Positions 50,201 to 63,990 of a stretch of DNA of 64,000 bases are shown here, piece after piece (position 1 is the stretch's first letter; each line of letters starts with the position of its first letter). Source of the DNA: Takakia lepidozioides (Eukaryota > Plantae > Bryophyta). A program made the position numbers and the translations under genes. Under the pieces are notes generated by a model that saw only the letters and a program-made list of their open reading frames with translations, ran no database searches and had not been told where the DNA came from. Location: positions 36,766,001 through 36,830,000 of the forward strand of contig CM060733.1 of NCBI GenBank assembly GCA_030704615.1, written 5' to 3'.

Positions 50201-53200
50201 GTCCAACAAAGTCTAGTCCCCATTTCTGAAATGGTTCCGTAGGCATTGTAGGATGCAAGGCCATTCTTCCAGATCTCTGCAAAGGTCCTAGCCTCTGACA
50301 TTCATCACACTTCTGACAATACTCATGTACATCTTTGAAACAAGTAGGCCACCAGTATCCTGCGAGTAGTATCTTTCTACTGGTAGTCTCTTCTCCAAAA
50401 TGACCTCCAGCCACTCCTTTATGAACTTCCTCCAAGACTTTATTTACTTCATGGTGGTACAAGCATCGTTTTAGTACTCCATCAGGTCCTAACTTATACA
50501 TTCTGCTTCCTACCATAGTATAAGGTAAAGCTCTTGATAGCAATTCTCTTCCTGCTCCTTACCATAACTAGGTGGGCACTGACCATGAGCAAGGTAGTAT
50601 CTGATTGGCCACTGCCAATCTAACCATTCATCTGCACTTCCTTGCACCTCCATTACAAATAAACTCGCATCAGGTAACTGATCGTCCACTCCTGTGGCGG
50701 CCTCTCCTGTGTTAGTCGTGACAAATGATCTGCCACAAGATGCAAACGGCCAGGCTTGTAAATAACCTCGAACTCAAACTCATGCAAGATTATTAACCAC
50801 CTCGCTATCCTTCCACTTATCAAAGGTTTGTTCACCAGATATATCAGAGCCTGGTGATCCACATAAAACATAAACTTTCTTCCCAATAGGTAATGCCTGA
50901 ATTTCTTGACTGCATAAATCATTGCCAATGCTTCTCTTTCCGTTGTGCTATAGTTCCTCTCAGCACTGTTCATCAACCGGCTAGCATAGTACACAGGTGA
51001 ATCTATATTCCCTGTAACATTCTGGGCTAACACCGCCCAACGCTTCTCCTGATGCATCGCAGTGAACATGAAATACTACATGCCAGTGAGGGTTAATCAG
51101 CACAGGTGTAGTTGTTACTGACAGTGTAAGTTCCTCAAACGCCTGTTGACATTCAGCTGTCCATGCAAACACTGCATCTTTCTTCAGAAGCTTGCTCAAT
51201 GGTGCTGCTATTTGTGCATACCTTTTGACAAATCTTCTGTAATAACTGGTTTTGCCCAAGGAATCTCCTAAACTCTTAACATTCACTGGTGGTGGAGAGA
51301 CTTTAATGGACTCTGTCTTCCTGGGATCCACAAGAAGTCCCTTCTTACACACAATGTGTCCCAGAAGCACCCCTGAGTTCACACAGAAAGAAAGTACTTC
51401 TCTGGATTCAAGCCAGACCTCTCATCCTGCATCTGGCCAGGCATAACTCCAATTTATGCAAGTGCTCATTCTTAGAGCTGTACACACAATGAAATCATCC
51501 AAAATCCCTGCAGATGAAAAGATTCACTTATCACTCTCTGAAAGGTCGCTGGTGCATTACAAAGTCCAAAGGGCATGACTTTGTATGCATAAGCCCCCCA
51601 GTCTGTGATGAAAGCTGTTTTCCCTTGGTCTCTTCTGCCACTTGCACTTGATTATAACCACTGAAGCCATCCATGAATGAGTACATCTCATGGCCTGCCA
51701 CAGTGTCTAATACTGCTTCTGTGAATGGCAAAGGGAAAGGATCTTTCTTCGTACAAGCATTCAGCTTCTTATAGTTCACACATACTCTTAGTTTGCCATT
51801 CTTCTTGGGAACTATAACAATGGGTGACAACCAAGTTGTATACTCTATTGGGTATATAAACTTAGCCTCAGCCAACTTCTTTATCTCTTCTCCAACCTTC
51901 TGTGCGTAGTTGGGATTCATTCTATACCTCGCCTGCTTGATTGGTACTGACCCTGGTTCCAGTTCAATTTATGCTGACAGACTTCAGGTGGTATCCCTTT
52001 TAGATCCTCATAGCTCCAAGCAAATACATCTCTGTATTTGATGAACAAGCTTTTAGCTTTTCGAAGAATTCCGGCTCCAAATCAGCTCCTACTTTCACCA
52101 TCCTCGGTTCCTCCTGAGTTCCCACATTTACTTCTCTCACCTGCTCATCAGCTGTGATTGTCCAACCAGTCACCACTTCATCCTTTAAGCTCACAGTGGC
52201 TGGTTCTTCTAGGATTTCTATCTCTCCCTCCTTTTCTTCATAGAAATGTGGTGGGTAAATGCTGGTTTCCTCTTCCATTGGTGTTGCCGACACTACACCA
52301 CAGCAGATACCTCTAAACAACTTAGGCTTTCCAGCCGCATCTCCGCAACCTGCTCCCACTCTGGGTGTGCAGCAAATAGGGTAGCTTCCTGCTCCTCATC
52401 CAGTCCTCCCTCCAGTCATACTCTTGACTCCTCGAGGTCTTCTTGTAGCAGGTAATCTACTAGATTTCTTTGTGGTAATTTGTATCTCGTGCATCCCATT
52501 ATGCACAGTTAGTAACTGAGAATTCCAGTCATGGAATACCCTGGCCTGTTTCAGCCACGGACGTCCCAATAATAAGGAGTAAGCCTCCATGACTTCATCC
52601 ATTTTTAATACAGTTACTGTGATCATAAAGATCATTTTCTGATCTGTATCTTAACTCCTCTTATTAATCCCAATGGCTGTACACTTCTTTGATCTGCCAT
52701 TGTTACTGTAAATGGGGCTGGGTTCATGTTACTTAGACCAAGCTTCTTCCTTAATTGGTCTGTCATGATATTTACTCCAGAACCACCATCTATCAGTACA
52801 TCAGTTAGTTTGTGCTTCCAATTCTCAATTGGATTACTGGCATAGAATCATCAAAGTCCATGAGGTTTCTCGCCCTTCCGGCTTCACATTATAACTGGTC
52901 ACCTGCTGTTCAGGTCTGTGTTTCCTGTCTCTTGGGCAATTCGATTGATTGCCTGATACAGCCTGTGCCTACAATAAGGTTGTGCCACAGCTAATAGCTG
53001 TCCAATGGTAATTTCTGCTTTGGTCTGACATATTACTTCAGCCAAAGTCTCTTCATTACTTTGCATGTCTGCATCTTTTTTTTTTCCTTTCTTCCTCACT
53101 CCCTTCTTTTTCTCCATCCGAATCAGAGGAATCTGCCACAGGAATATCAGTACTCTTTTGCATTTCCCTTATAGTATCTGCCACTTCCTTGTGCAGTTCC

Positions 53201-54516
53201 TTCTCATCTTTCCAAGTCTCTTCATCTTCAGGCATATCATTGCCACTTCCATTCTCATCTTCTTCCTCTTCTACTGGAGGTATTAGTTTGGCTTTACTTC
53301 TTGTTACTATCATTGTACTTACTTCTGGTACAACACATGGCCTAACCATGTGAGCTGCCACCACTGGGCCCTCATTCACAGGAGCTCTCATCTCATTCTG
53401 GTGTCTTATCCAGATGAACAGGCTGCCTTGCGATGTCCTGGCTGATTACAATAGTAACATAGCTCTTCACCATTGGGTCCTCGCCCTTGGTCTGTTCTTG
53501 GATTATTTCTATAATCCTGATTCCCGGGCTGGTAATTCCCCCTTGGATTACCCTGATAGTTGCCTCTGAATTTCCTTGTAATTCCCTCTTGAATTACCTC
53601 TCCCTTCCATGCCATTGTTATAACCACCAGACCTACCATAGTGGTCCTGATCATTTTCTTCTTGGCTGGGGCTGCACCTGATGCACCCTTACTTGCCTAG
53701 GTTCTCTTGCAGCTGTCCGTAACAATTCTCAGTAGAATGGTTATCCATTTTACAGATAGTACAGTGTTTCTCCTTCATGTGGCATTTGTGGTGGTATGGC
53801 CTTCATTCTGCACTTTGCACACCATACACCCTTCCTCCAATGTGTTGCAGCCTCTGTGGCATACTTCTTCAAGATTTCTTCCAATTTTTTTCATAGTTAT
53901 CCCTCTTCAACTTCTCCTTCTCTTACTCTTTTTTTTAGTTCTTGCTCTTCTTCTTCATCTGACTCATCCTCAGAGTCTCATCTTCTTTTTCTCTCTCCTG
54001 AGCATTCCCAATTGCTCAATTCTGTTCGCAGTTTCAAATGCCTCCCCACTGTATTATGGGGTAACATATCCACTTTCTTTTGCAACTCTGGTCTTAGTCC
54101 ACTCACAAACCAAGTCTTCTGTAAACCGGTGCTGGTACTGCAGCCAGCTTTTTCATCATCAATTCCATCTTCTCCATATACTCTTCAACAGTTTCATGCT
54201 TCTTCTGCTTCAGCTGTTGTAAACTTCCATACACTTCATCCTCAGTTTTACTTGTCCTGAACCTATTTCGAAATGCTGTATTCAAGCCATTCCAGGTTAG
54301 GAAATGATTATCAGGGAATCTTGCATACCATTCACTTGCTTTCTTGATAAGTGAAAGGAAACAGTCTCATCTTGGCATCATCGCCATTCTCATTGTTCAC
54401 TATACACATGTGCTCAAATTGGCTAATGTGTACATCGGGATCCCCTTTTCCTGAATATATTGGAAAGGGTGGTTTTGCCCGTGTTGGTTGTAACGCCATC
54501 TGTGGCCCTAGTGACA
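47242..54516 (-). mobile_element. Ty3/gypsy element D (same family as C), 5' part cut off by the MULE-2 insertion in gag
   Basis: gag 54516-53060 (YSGKGDPDVHISQFE), LIDGGSG, RT, RH, INT to ~49380, then a 3' region homologous to 40500-41780 plus an extra ORF. Left boundary uncertain. Confidence 0.85.
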
Positions 54517-54615
54517 GGGGGCTGCTATTTCATGAGCCATGAGCCATGAGCGGCATGAGCCATGAGCAGAGTCGTAAGTGTGGAAAAAAACATGAGCAGC
54601 ACTATTTTCGGAAAT
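54517..54615 (+). repeat. Left TIR of MULE-2
   Basis: TGCTATTTCATGAGC, CATGAGC repeats and CATGAGCAGAGT.GTAA are shared with the reverse complement of 35186-35270. Confidence 0.75.
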
Positions 54616-54974
54616 GAGTGTCCGCGGGAATAGGGTTTAGGGTGCCACGGTCATAGGGGGAAGGACCTCCCGATGAAGGAGGTTCGGCAATGTTATTTAG
54701 AATTATATATTGAAAGGCAATGTTTCGCGAATGGTAGGGTGGTACTGCTCTGTACAATGGGGGCCCATTTCAGCCTACCAGCCATTTGCAAAATTCACCC
54801 ACACTCCCAATCCCAAACGAAATGAGCAATGACGCATTCTCGGAACGATGGACACAGAATAGATAAAAAGAGGGCACAATGAGGTTTTTATTGATCCACA
54901 TGAATTGCATTTGAAGCACGTCTACTGTGCTGATTGTGCCTCAAATCTTGAGCCCTGTGCCTACTGAATACAAG

Positions 54975-55650
54975 TCACGTTGTCAATGGGACTTCGACTG
55001 CTCTCAGAACTAGCTCATGAGTCATGGGGCTCCTCCATGTAAAGTCGATTGCAGCCGTTGTACCGCCCCTAGTGATGTTCACCACAATGTCCTGCCCTTC
55101 AATCATACCACCATCGAATATGGAAATCTTCACGTTTTCGTCGTCCACACCAATGCGAATGTCCCCATACAATGGAGAAGGAGCGCACTCCTCGAGGAGA
55201 ATAGGTCTCTCCGATGGAGTCCACCCACGTCCAGTGGCAGCAGTTCCACCGCAACAGCATAGCAGTGCGCCTTCTTCTGCATGGGTGACCGTCGTAGCTG
55301 GGAAAATCGGAATCGAGGATGCGCAGGAGCCACGGACTCCTCAGACCAAGATCGTCACCCCGCTCGAAGGCGTAGTGGCCTACGATATACTCAAAAGCCA
55401 CCAATGTTTCCACAATCGAACCAGTATCTTCTGTGTAATCTGTGTACCAGATAACAATGTCTCCCGATGTGGCCGAATACATTGCATAATCGATGCCTCC
55501 AAAGGGGCAGTCGTCCCGGTTCCGGAAGCACGGCATCCTTGCAAAGGAGGACCTGAGGACGACTTGGATGCCGATGACCTTGCGGACAGCTACGAAGCCC
55601 TTAGATTTTGGAAATGATACGAAGCGGAAGAGCAGTCCGGCCTCCAAAAT
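54975..55650 (-). CDS. Unknown cargo ORF(s) in MULE-2
   Basis: Overlapping 182-aa and 65-aa minus-strand ORFs with protein-like composition; no motif recognised. Confidence 0.35.
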
Positions 55651-56159
55651 GGAGCATCTGGGTCACACGTACCCACCGACGGAGGTGGAACGTGTTCATC
55701 ACGCCAGCGGTGGATGAAGCCATACATCTTTCTCATCAACAAGTTATAGTTTGAGATCTGCCACCGAAGTCCATCCCCCGGATGGAAATTCGGCGCCGCA
55801 TTTACATCGAAGAGGGGATGGACTTCGTCGTGTCCAGTGGCTATCGGCCCACCTGGCAGTGACTGCCCATAGTTTGCATGGCAGGGTAGGAAACTGAAAC
55901 GGCTACATTCATGCAGCAGCCAATCTTCATCGGTCCAGGATCCTGTACGGGGGAATTTAAATGTGCCCTGGAGTGTGCCCTGGAATGTACCTCACTTCTG
56001 TATGACTGTGTTTCATTGTGTTGAATAACTCTCGGATTTGGCCCACTGTTTACAATTTGATGTCTCATTTCTACAATTTGTCTGTCGGTTGAATAAAGCA
56101 GAGTAACCGGTATGTGAGTCATGTGTCAAGAATATACCAGAGTAACGCCATGTCGGACA

Positions 56160-56850
56160 TTGAAATGCGGCCGCATTTCCATGGAAATTTCCATGTCGGA
56201 CATCGAAATCGGCACCGCATTTCCATGTGGGACAAGAAAATGCGGTGCATCATTTCCGTCCAGGTACACGAAATACCAACACGGGTCTATAAATTGATCA
56301 GAAAACGAGGTTGGCATTGCAAATGCGGCGACGCATTTCCAGCTTGGCAATGGAAACTTCTTTTTGGACAAGGGAATGCGGTGCCGCATTTCCGTCCAAC
56401 ACTTCGAAAAGTGCACCTATTTCCGACCAGCGCGATGGAATGCGTTACCGCATTTCCGAGAGAGGGTCTGCAAATGGACAAATTGCGATGTCCGTTCTGG
56501 AAATGCGGCGCCGCATTTCCATGTCCGTCATCGATTTTTTTTTACAATGGAATGCGGTGCCAATTTTTGCTGATGGGCCTGCAGTTCGAACAACCACCAT
56601 CCCCAATATGGAAATGCGGCACCGCATTTCAATCCCGCCATGTCGGCCTCCTTGTTCGACCTCCTTGTTCGACCTCTGTAAGCGTGGTGGCATCCATGCA
56701 ATGAGCGGGAGAGGCCAAAACTGGCGTGTGGACAAAGGAAATTTTGGAAATGCGGCACCGCATTCCCAATTCAGATTACTTTTTACTATGCCAACATTGA
56801 AATGGAAAATTAGTCCCTCCCCTGTTTTGGAAATGCGGTGCCGCATTTCC
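56160..56850. repeat. Cluster of ~11 GGAAATGCGG-YR-CCGCATTTCC palindromes
   Basis: Perfect copy at 56499-56520 plus degenerate copies. Confidence 0.85.
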
Positions 56851-57011
56851 AAAAGAGGTTCTTAGAGTTGCCAAAATTTTGGAAATGCCTGCCCATTTCT
56901 GATTTTGGGAGCGTCCTGGTTTGGGCGATTGTGTGGCTGGAATGCACACTGGAGAGGGGTCACGAATGTCGGGCAGAATTTTCTTTATATACTCTGGAAG
57001 AGAATTTACAT

Positions 57012-60000
57012 TTACAGAGACTTCATTAAAATTCTATTAATCTTGAAAATCATCGAATCCTCATCCTGTTCTAGACTGTCCTGCTCCTCCTCCACCCCCT
57101 CAGTGCCTCTCTCATCTCCAGCGGACTGCTCGTTGGCCAGGCTTTCGAAAATCCCATCTTCCCCTTGCGGAACTGTCCATCTCACCTCCGTTGGGTCGTC
57201 TTCCTCCCTGTCTGCGTCGCTCTCATCCGCTGAATCACATATGTACTTTCGTACCCGTCTACCTGTCTGAGCTGCTGCCAACTCTTTCCTTATCCTTCTG
57301 TCCTCCCTAGCCCTCTCCAAAATCTGCTCTACTTTACTGGGATTCTCACTTCTTCTAATCGCTGTATTTGCGAGTTTAGCTGCATAACTAGGAAGGGGAG
57401 TAGTCCCTCACCGGGCTCGTCATGAAGTCGGCCCTCGCAAAGAACGGGACATTCTTCCTGGCAGGAAGTGTAGGCCCTACATGTTTCGACCCGGACCCTG
57501 CAATCCTGCACATGACAATCATCAACGAGACTAATGAGAACCACAGTCGGGAAATTCCTTTGACATAAATGACCCAGAAGGCTTTGCAAACTTACAATGT
57601 TTGCACTCACTCGTATTCCGGGTTCTCCTCGCATCAATGTCCACTGTGTCTTCCTCGGACTCCGACGAATCCGAGGAGACTTCCGCTCTGTCGGGAGCCT
57701 TCACATTCCGTTGCAGCCCCTCCAGATGGGATCCCCACACGGATGAATCCTCCTCGTAGGCAAAGAGGTGCCGGTCGGAAAACCGCCCAGCCCACATTGA
57801 GGCACCTGTTACAATGCCATCCACACATTACCACATGGCGCTTCAGATGTTGCGAACTACATCCTAACGAGAATTTGCAGAACAGCAGAGATCAAGATTC
57901 TGCATACCTGTCCCACAGATGAGGTCAGCACTGTGCCCTCCACGTCTGTGCATGTCTCCATAATTGTCTGAATGAAGGCAGGGCTCCGAGTCCGTGAGTA
58001 CCGCAGGGGTTCCGTTGAAGTGAGGCTATGAGGGAGAAGTTCCTTGGGAACGTTGTTGAACAGAACGTCGTAATCGAGTGGGTCGCAGTTCGGGTCAACC
58101 TTTCCTCCCTCCTTCCGGAAAGCAAAGGTGGAGTTTTCCTTCACAAAGCAGTATGCATCGAACTGCTTCGTCTGCATACACAGGGGGAAAACGATTAGAA
58201 ACCGAATGCGGCACCGCATTTGAAAGCACCCAAGCAAATGAATGGACGAGTGCCAGTGTCGTAATCACCTTCTTCCCTTCCGACCGAAGGCCCAGTGTGT
58301 TGATGCACGTCCACTTCTTTTTCAGAATCGGGACGGCGCTCTTGCGGGTCCACTTCGCAATTCCTGTCTGAGTGTTTTTTCCTCTGCTCGCCAGGACAAC
58401 CACACAGCCTCTGTCGTCCAACACCATGCGGGCAAGCCCGAATCCTTTCTTCCAAAAGTCCTCCGAGTACCTGTTCCAAGATGGCAAAGCTTGCAGTCCT
58501 TCCACAGGCTCTCCGTCCGGAATATCCAAGATGATCATATCGCAAGACCACTCGGTGGCATTTCCGCCCCTCCTACAATCCTTGTCTGCACACACCCTCT
58601 CAAAGAACGAGACCATATTCTGAAATCCTGGGGTGTCGGAAGGCTCTTCGGCAGTCGCCTTCTTCAGTGCTCTGCCCTTCAGACCCTCCATGGTCTTCAT
58701 GTATGCCAACTTGGCTGCCCGTCCATCCAAAGCCGCCAAGAAACTCTCATTTACACACTGGACTACAGTTTCGGGAGCCACTTTCGGCCTCTTCATTTCC
58801 ACCGGCTCGAAAGGGTGCCCCCCTGGGGGGTTGAAGAGTGCCTTCTTTGCCGAGCCAGTTCTCGTGCCTCTCGTGACAACGGTGGGCACAGGGGAGGCAG
58901 CCTGCGTTTGGGGGGGTGGGCTGGTTGCAAAGTCTCCATCGGAGTCCTCTTCCTCACCCTCTTCCTGAACAGGCTGTTTCTGCTTCTTCGTTTTGGCGGG
59001 TGTCACAACAGCTGCTCCTTGCTGGCGAGTCCTCTTCTTCGACCCCTTCTGTTGGGCCTGCACAGCTGCATCCACCGTTTGTGCCATCTCAGCTGCCTTT
59101 CTGGATTCTTCCAGAGAGCAGCAGATTCCTTTGCCGACTTTGGCCCAGCAGGGACACGTTTCCTTCTCTTCTCTTCTGCCAAGGCGTGCAGATCTTTCTC
59201 AGACTCGTCAACAATACCGCCAGACATGTCCAGGTACCACGGGCATCCAACGAGATGCGCGGGATGCCATTGTTTCTGCATCTCGGGTGTGTAGACACAG
59301 CTTGGGCCCGCCACGGTCCAAGCCATGAAGAACGGGGGCTCTTGAGCCAGGGCCCCTGTCTGAAGGAGCACGTATTCATATACCTGCAAGGCAGTCAGCA
59401 TGCGTGAGCAAAATTGAGACCAACCTACTGGCAGAGTGCCACCGAAAACATAAAATGCGAATGCGGTGCCGCATTTCCGAGACAAACCTCGTAACCAGGC
59501 TTCGCATACAAGGGCAGCTGTGCTTCACCTGTAAACAATTCGCATTGCAGCTTTCCCCGCTCCCTCCTGATGTGTAAACTCCACGCTCCTTCTTGCTGTC
59601 TGTAGCTCTCTGGCGAAAAGGTTGTCCTTGTACGCACATCTGAAACGTGTCACGTAGTCTTCCAATGTCTGTGTTCCATCCCATTTGACGTACAAGCCGA
59701 ACGAATTTGTGTGCATTACGACTTGCTCCTTCGCATTCGACATTACCTGCCATTCCCAAATGCATTGTCACGTAGCAGTTCAGGGAATTCATGTCAGAAA
59801 AGCAAATCTGGGGAAGTACCTTGAATTACCTGGAACCACCAAGTCATACGGTTGAGCCACACATCCACTGCAGGGTCGGAAACTTCCAGTGGAAAAGACC
59901 ACATGTCCTTATGCTCTCGGATGCATTCCAGATCGACAGCCACCGTGTCTGCCATTTCCGATCCAATGTCAGGGCTGGAAGAGAGTGGCTATTGCTAGGA

Positions 60001-62234
60001 AGGAAATTCAGTGCATTGAAACCTCACCTTCTCTTTCGCCTCCACACATGCCGTTGAGAGGTGATGCAGTTTCTCCAATTGCATGGTCGGCTGCATGGCC
60101 CGAGAATAGTGTTTTGCAATCTCGGGGATGAAGTCCTTTCCAAGTGCCGGATCTGCAATTGCCACCAGCTTCACAAGCTTTGACTTGTATTTGGTTCTGG
60201 ACTTGACACCGGCTTCCTTCAAGTGCTCAGTCAATGACTGCAACGTTTTGACCTGCCCCTCACTTTCCATGAAGAAGCGTTTGGCATGGGCCAAATCCAG
60301 CTTGATGTTTGACTGCCAACAAAAACATGCAGAAGCGTTACATTCGATTCATGTGGAAACATTACTGGAAATTGGGGAAGGATGAGCAGAGGGAAATTGG
60401 AGACGACTTACTTCGTATATCACCTCCACCATTCCATCCATAGTGAGACGATACCATGTCCGGTCTGTTTTTGCAACGGCTTTCTGAATGAGCTCGGCTC
60501 CAGCATTTCCGCAAACATCTGCGGATCAGTAAGACCAGTTTTCCTCACCCTGTACAGCATATGTGCCATGTGGGTATGCACGTACGCATTCTCAGTGACC
60601 TGCAAGGCACACTCTCCAGTTCAGTACACGGAAGCACGGAACAAACCAGAATGGAAACCGAAATGCGGCACCGCATTTCGAATGTGCTAGGGAGGGTATG
60701 AGTATCTTACGAGTTGAGGTCCGCCATGGCATTCTTGAGCAGGGAGGAGTCTGCCGCCTTCACCTTGAGGATGACACACTCCACCATGTAATGCCAGCCA
60801 ATGTGCTTGGCATGGTTCTGCTTGATGTACTCCCACCAGGCGAGAAGTCGGTGATTCCCGTCCCACACAAAGAACATTTTTTCCCGACATATGGCCGAAG
60901 TCGGGATCACCTTCAGCGTCGCCTCGAATTCGTGGTTGCGAGTGTGCCAGTGGGTATCCCACGTTGACAATTCATCGGCAGTGGGTCCACGGGTTTCGCC
61001 CCTCATTCTCTATGGAAACGTAAAACGCTGCCGATCCCAGACGGTACCCTTCTCGAAATGCGAACTTGAGCTTATCCACATCTCCGGGAAGGGCCTGCCT
61101 GACGATGGGAAGGGAGACCATGCGACAGAGTGGGATTCGAAGAGTCCGCTGGAATACCCTGCTGCCCAGAACTCTGCCAATGCTACTGTGTGTCTCCTCC
61201 AACATTTTATCCGCTGCACTTTTGAAATCCTCCGGAGACATGTCTGTAGGTGCCGGTAGTGGCTGAGCATGGAGCATCCTCAACTGGAGCTGCACTCTGG
61301 GGCCTGTGTGCGGGCAATTCTGCCATTGCAGAGGCCTCCTCCGGGCCTGCTGCTCATCGGTGGTGAGGTCTGCCTGCGAACGTTCAGCGGCAGCACCCTC
61401 CTCCGGTACCAAATCGAGATCAACGGTCGATCCCATTGCCTTCGCTGCAGCAGAGTCGGCCCCAACATCTGCAGGCGGGAAATCCTCCAGGAACTGAGCT
61501 TCAGCTCGTGGAAGCGGTTTTGCGGGAGATTGTTCGGCCGTCGCCCTGATTGCCTTCTGCTTCCTCATCCTTGCAGGTGAAGGTGTCTCTGCTGCAAATA
61601 GAATCTGTCTTCTACCCTGCTGCTTCATTCGCGTTGGGGGGGGTGAATCGGCCTGAGCCGGTTCAGAAGCCAGTAGAGGGACGGGCTGCTTCTTCTTCTT
61701 CGACTTTGCTGGAGAAGGGCCCGACCCCTGCTGGCGATTCTCCATGATCGAAGAACGCGAGTCGATCTCTGAGACTTTGAACTTGCCCTTCGAAGACGCG
61801 TCTTTGAATCGCAGAGGGCTAGGCCCGGCAGGATACCCGCGCTCGGGGATCGGGTGGGTGTACGTGCTGCAGCTAGCTCCTCGGACTCTTCCTGCGGCTC
61901 TTCGGATTCCTGCGATCCCTCCAGCACGTCCACCTTTCCTGTTAGGCATGCAAACATGTTCTGCATTCAAGTCTCCTAGCATTCAGTCTAAGAATTACAG
62001 AAGCAAAATGGGGGGTTCGGTGCTCGATCAGCTGCGCGCAGCCCGATCGCATGGAGCTCTCACTGGTGGCTGGGTTGCCTGAGTGGCCTGCTGCTCGGAG
62101 ATGGCAATCTCCTCCTGTAGACGCATCTGCTTCCTCCCCTTCGGCATTGGCCTACGTCCGAAGTATAATTTCCGGAGCTTGCGACGAGGTCTCCTGTCTG
62201 GTGCACGAACTCCCCCCCTCTCAGGTTCGAGCAT
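57012..62234 (-). CDS. Multi-exon ParB/Srx-like + N6/N4-MTase-like fusion, copy 2 (frameshifted)
   Basis: RPRRKLRKLYFGRRP; LRIPLCRMVSLPIVRQALPGDVDKLK; MFFVWDGNHRLLAW; CDMIILDIPDG; RYSRTRSPAFIQT..VL(D)LICGTG; GASMWAG..RHLFAYEED. Confidence 0.78.
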
Positions 62235-62577
62235 AAGAAGAACAGAGAGAGGGAAAAGGGGCAAAGAGTGCAGATGGAAAGGGCGCGAGAGGGGTGACTG
62301 AGGAGACGACAAAAGTAGATGAAACGGCGGTGATGCACCACTTGGGTTCGAAAGGGTTGGACGAAAGTGTCTCCTCGTGGAGTTTGCGTCATTACGAAAT
62401 TCGAATCGTTGAGGGTACGCCTGCCGTCCGAAAAACAAACATCATTATCCAACGGTCAGGCCGCGCCGCCTCATGCCCCTTCAGTCAGATAGAGTGCCGA
62501 CATGTGCAGCAATTCCGTTGCTCCACGTGTTCACATTTCAAGGCATTTCCGTCCCAGCGTCTGATGAGTTGGAGCGA

Positions 62578-63990
62578 AATGCGAATGCGGCGCCGCATTT
62601 CCGGTAAGTACATCAAGCTACACATCCGTACTTGTTGGAAGAAAATGCGGCACCGCATTTCCGTTCCACCTTCACATACCTTAGTTGTTGAACGGAAATA
62701 CGGTGCCGCATTTCCGTCCCACAGCTCCATGTATGAGATTCAGAAGGGAAATGCGGCGCCGCATTTTCCCACTTCACATACGTTAGTTGATGAATGGAAA
62801 TGCCGTGCCACATTTCCGTTCGGGAAAGTATAGAGGTCTCACCTGGACAGAAATGCGGTGTCGCATTTCCGGTCTGGAAAGGTTGAAGGTCTCACATGGA
62901 TGGAAATGCGGCAACACATTTCCGTAGCACAGCTCCAGGCCGAATATACAAAACGGAAATGCGGCGCCGCATTTCCGTTCGAGAATGTCGGAAGGTGCGA
63001 CTCGAACGGAAATGCGGTGCCGCATTTCTGTACCCGTTGCGCACGATTTTCAGTCAGAATGGAAATGCGGTACCGCATTTCCGTTCTGTAGAGTATTAAC
63101 GTCTGACGCTGGCGGAAATGCCTTCCCGCATTTTCGTTCCACAGCTCCATGCCTCACATACAAAACGGAAATGCGGTGCCGCATTTCCGTTTTGGAATGT
63201 CGGATGGTGGGACTCCGACGGAAATGCGGTACCGCATTTCAATTCCGATGTTTCAGGATATTTCATCAGAACGGAAATGCGGTGCCGCATTTCCCTTTTA
63301 AATCTAATTTCCGTTCTGGAATGTTGGGAGGTGCGACTCGGATGGAAAGCCGCATTTCAGTTCGATGGTTCACGATTTTCAGTCAGAACGGAAATGCGGC
63401 CGCATTTCCGTTCTGGATAGTGTGAATGTCTGTCGGAATTGCGCTGTATGAAGCTGTCGGAATCACTCGGCTCCAGGCATCAGATACAAAATGGAAATGC
63501 GGCGCCGCATTTCCTTTATGGAATGTCGAAAAGTGCGACTCGGACGGAAATGCGGTGCCGCATTTCTGTTCCCGTTGTTCATAATTCTCAATCAGAACGG
63601 AAATGCGGTACCGCATTTCCGTTCCACCTTCACATACCGTGCTTGTGAATGAAAATGCGGTACCGCATTTCCGTTCTCGAGAGTATGAATGTCTTTTAAG
63701 GACGGAAATGTGCTGCAGCATTTCTATCCCTCAGCTCCATGCATCAGATACAAAATGGAAATGCGGCGCCGCATTTCCGTTCTGGAATGTCGAAAAGTGC
63801 GACTCGGACGGAAATGCGGTGCCGCATTTCTGTTCCCGTTGTTCATAATCTCAATCAGAACGGAAATGCGGTACCGCATTTCCGTTCCACCTTCACATAC
63901 CGTGCTTGCTGGATGGAAATGCGTTACCGCATTTCCGTTCTGGAGAGTATAAAGGTTTCCCCCGGACGGAAACTCGGTGCCGCATTTCCG
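62578..63990. repeat. Phased array of ~26 palindromes GGAAATGCGG-YR-CCGCATTTCC, 53-bp period, 5-unit higher-order repeat
   Basis: Starts at 62849, 62902, 62955, 63008, 63061, 63114, 63167, 63220, 63273 and at 63493, 63546, 63599, 63651, 63704, 63757, 63810, 63862, 63915, 63968. Confidence 0.95.

Noticed and set aside
35186-54615. The two TIR-like sequences as ends of one element enclosing C and D
   Set aside because: They face away from each other, so each belongs to the element on its outer side.
62578-63990. CRISPR array (palindromic repeat with constant-length spacers)
   Set aside because: Spacers recur as about five related families in a higher-order repeat, the repeats are degenerate, there are no cas genes, and the context is eukaryotic and intron-containing.
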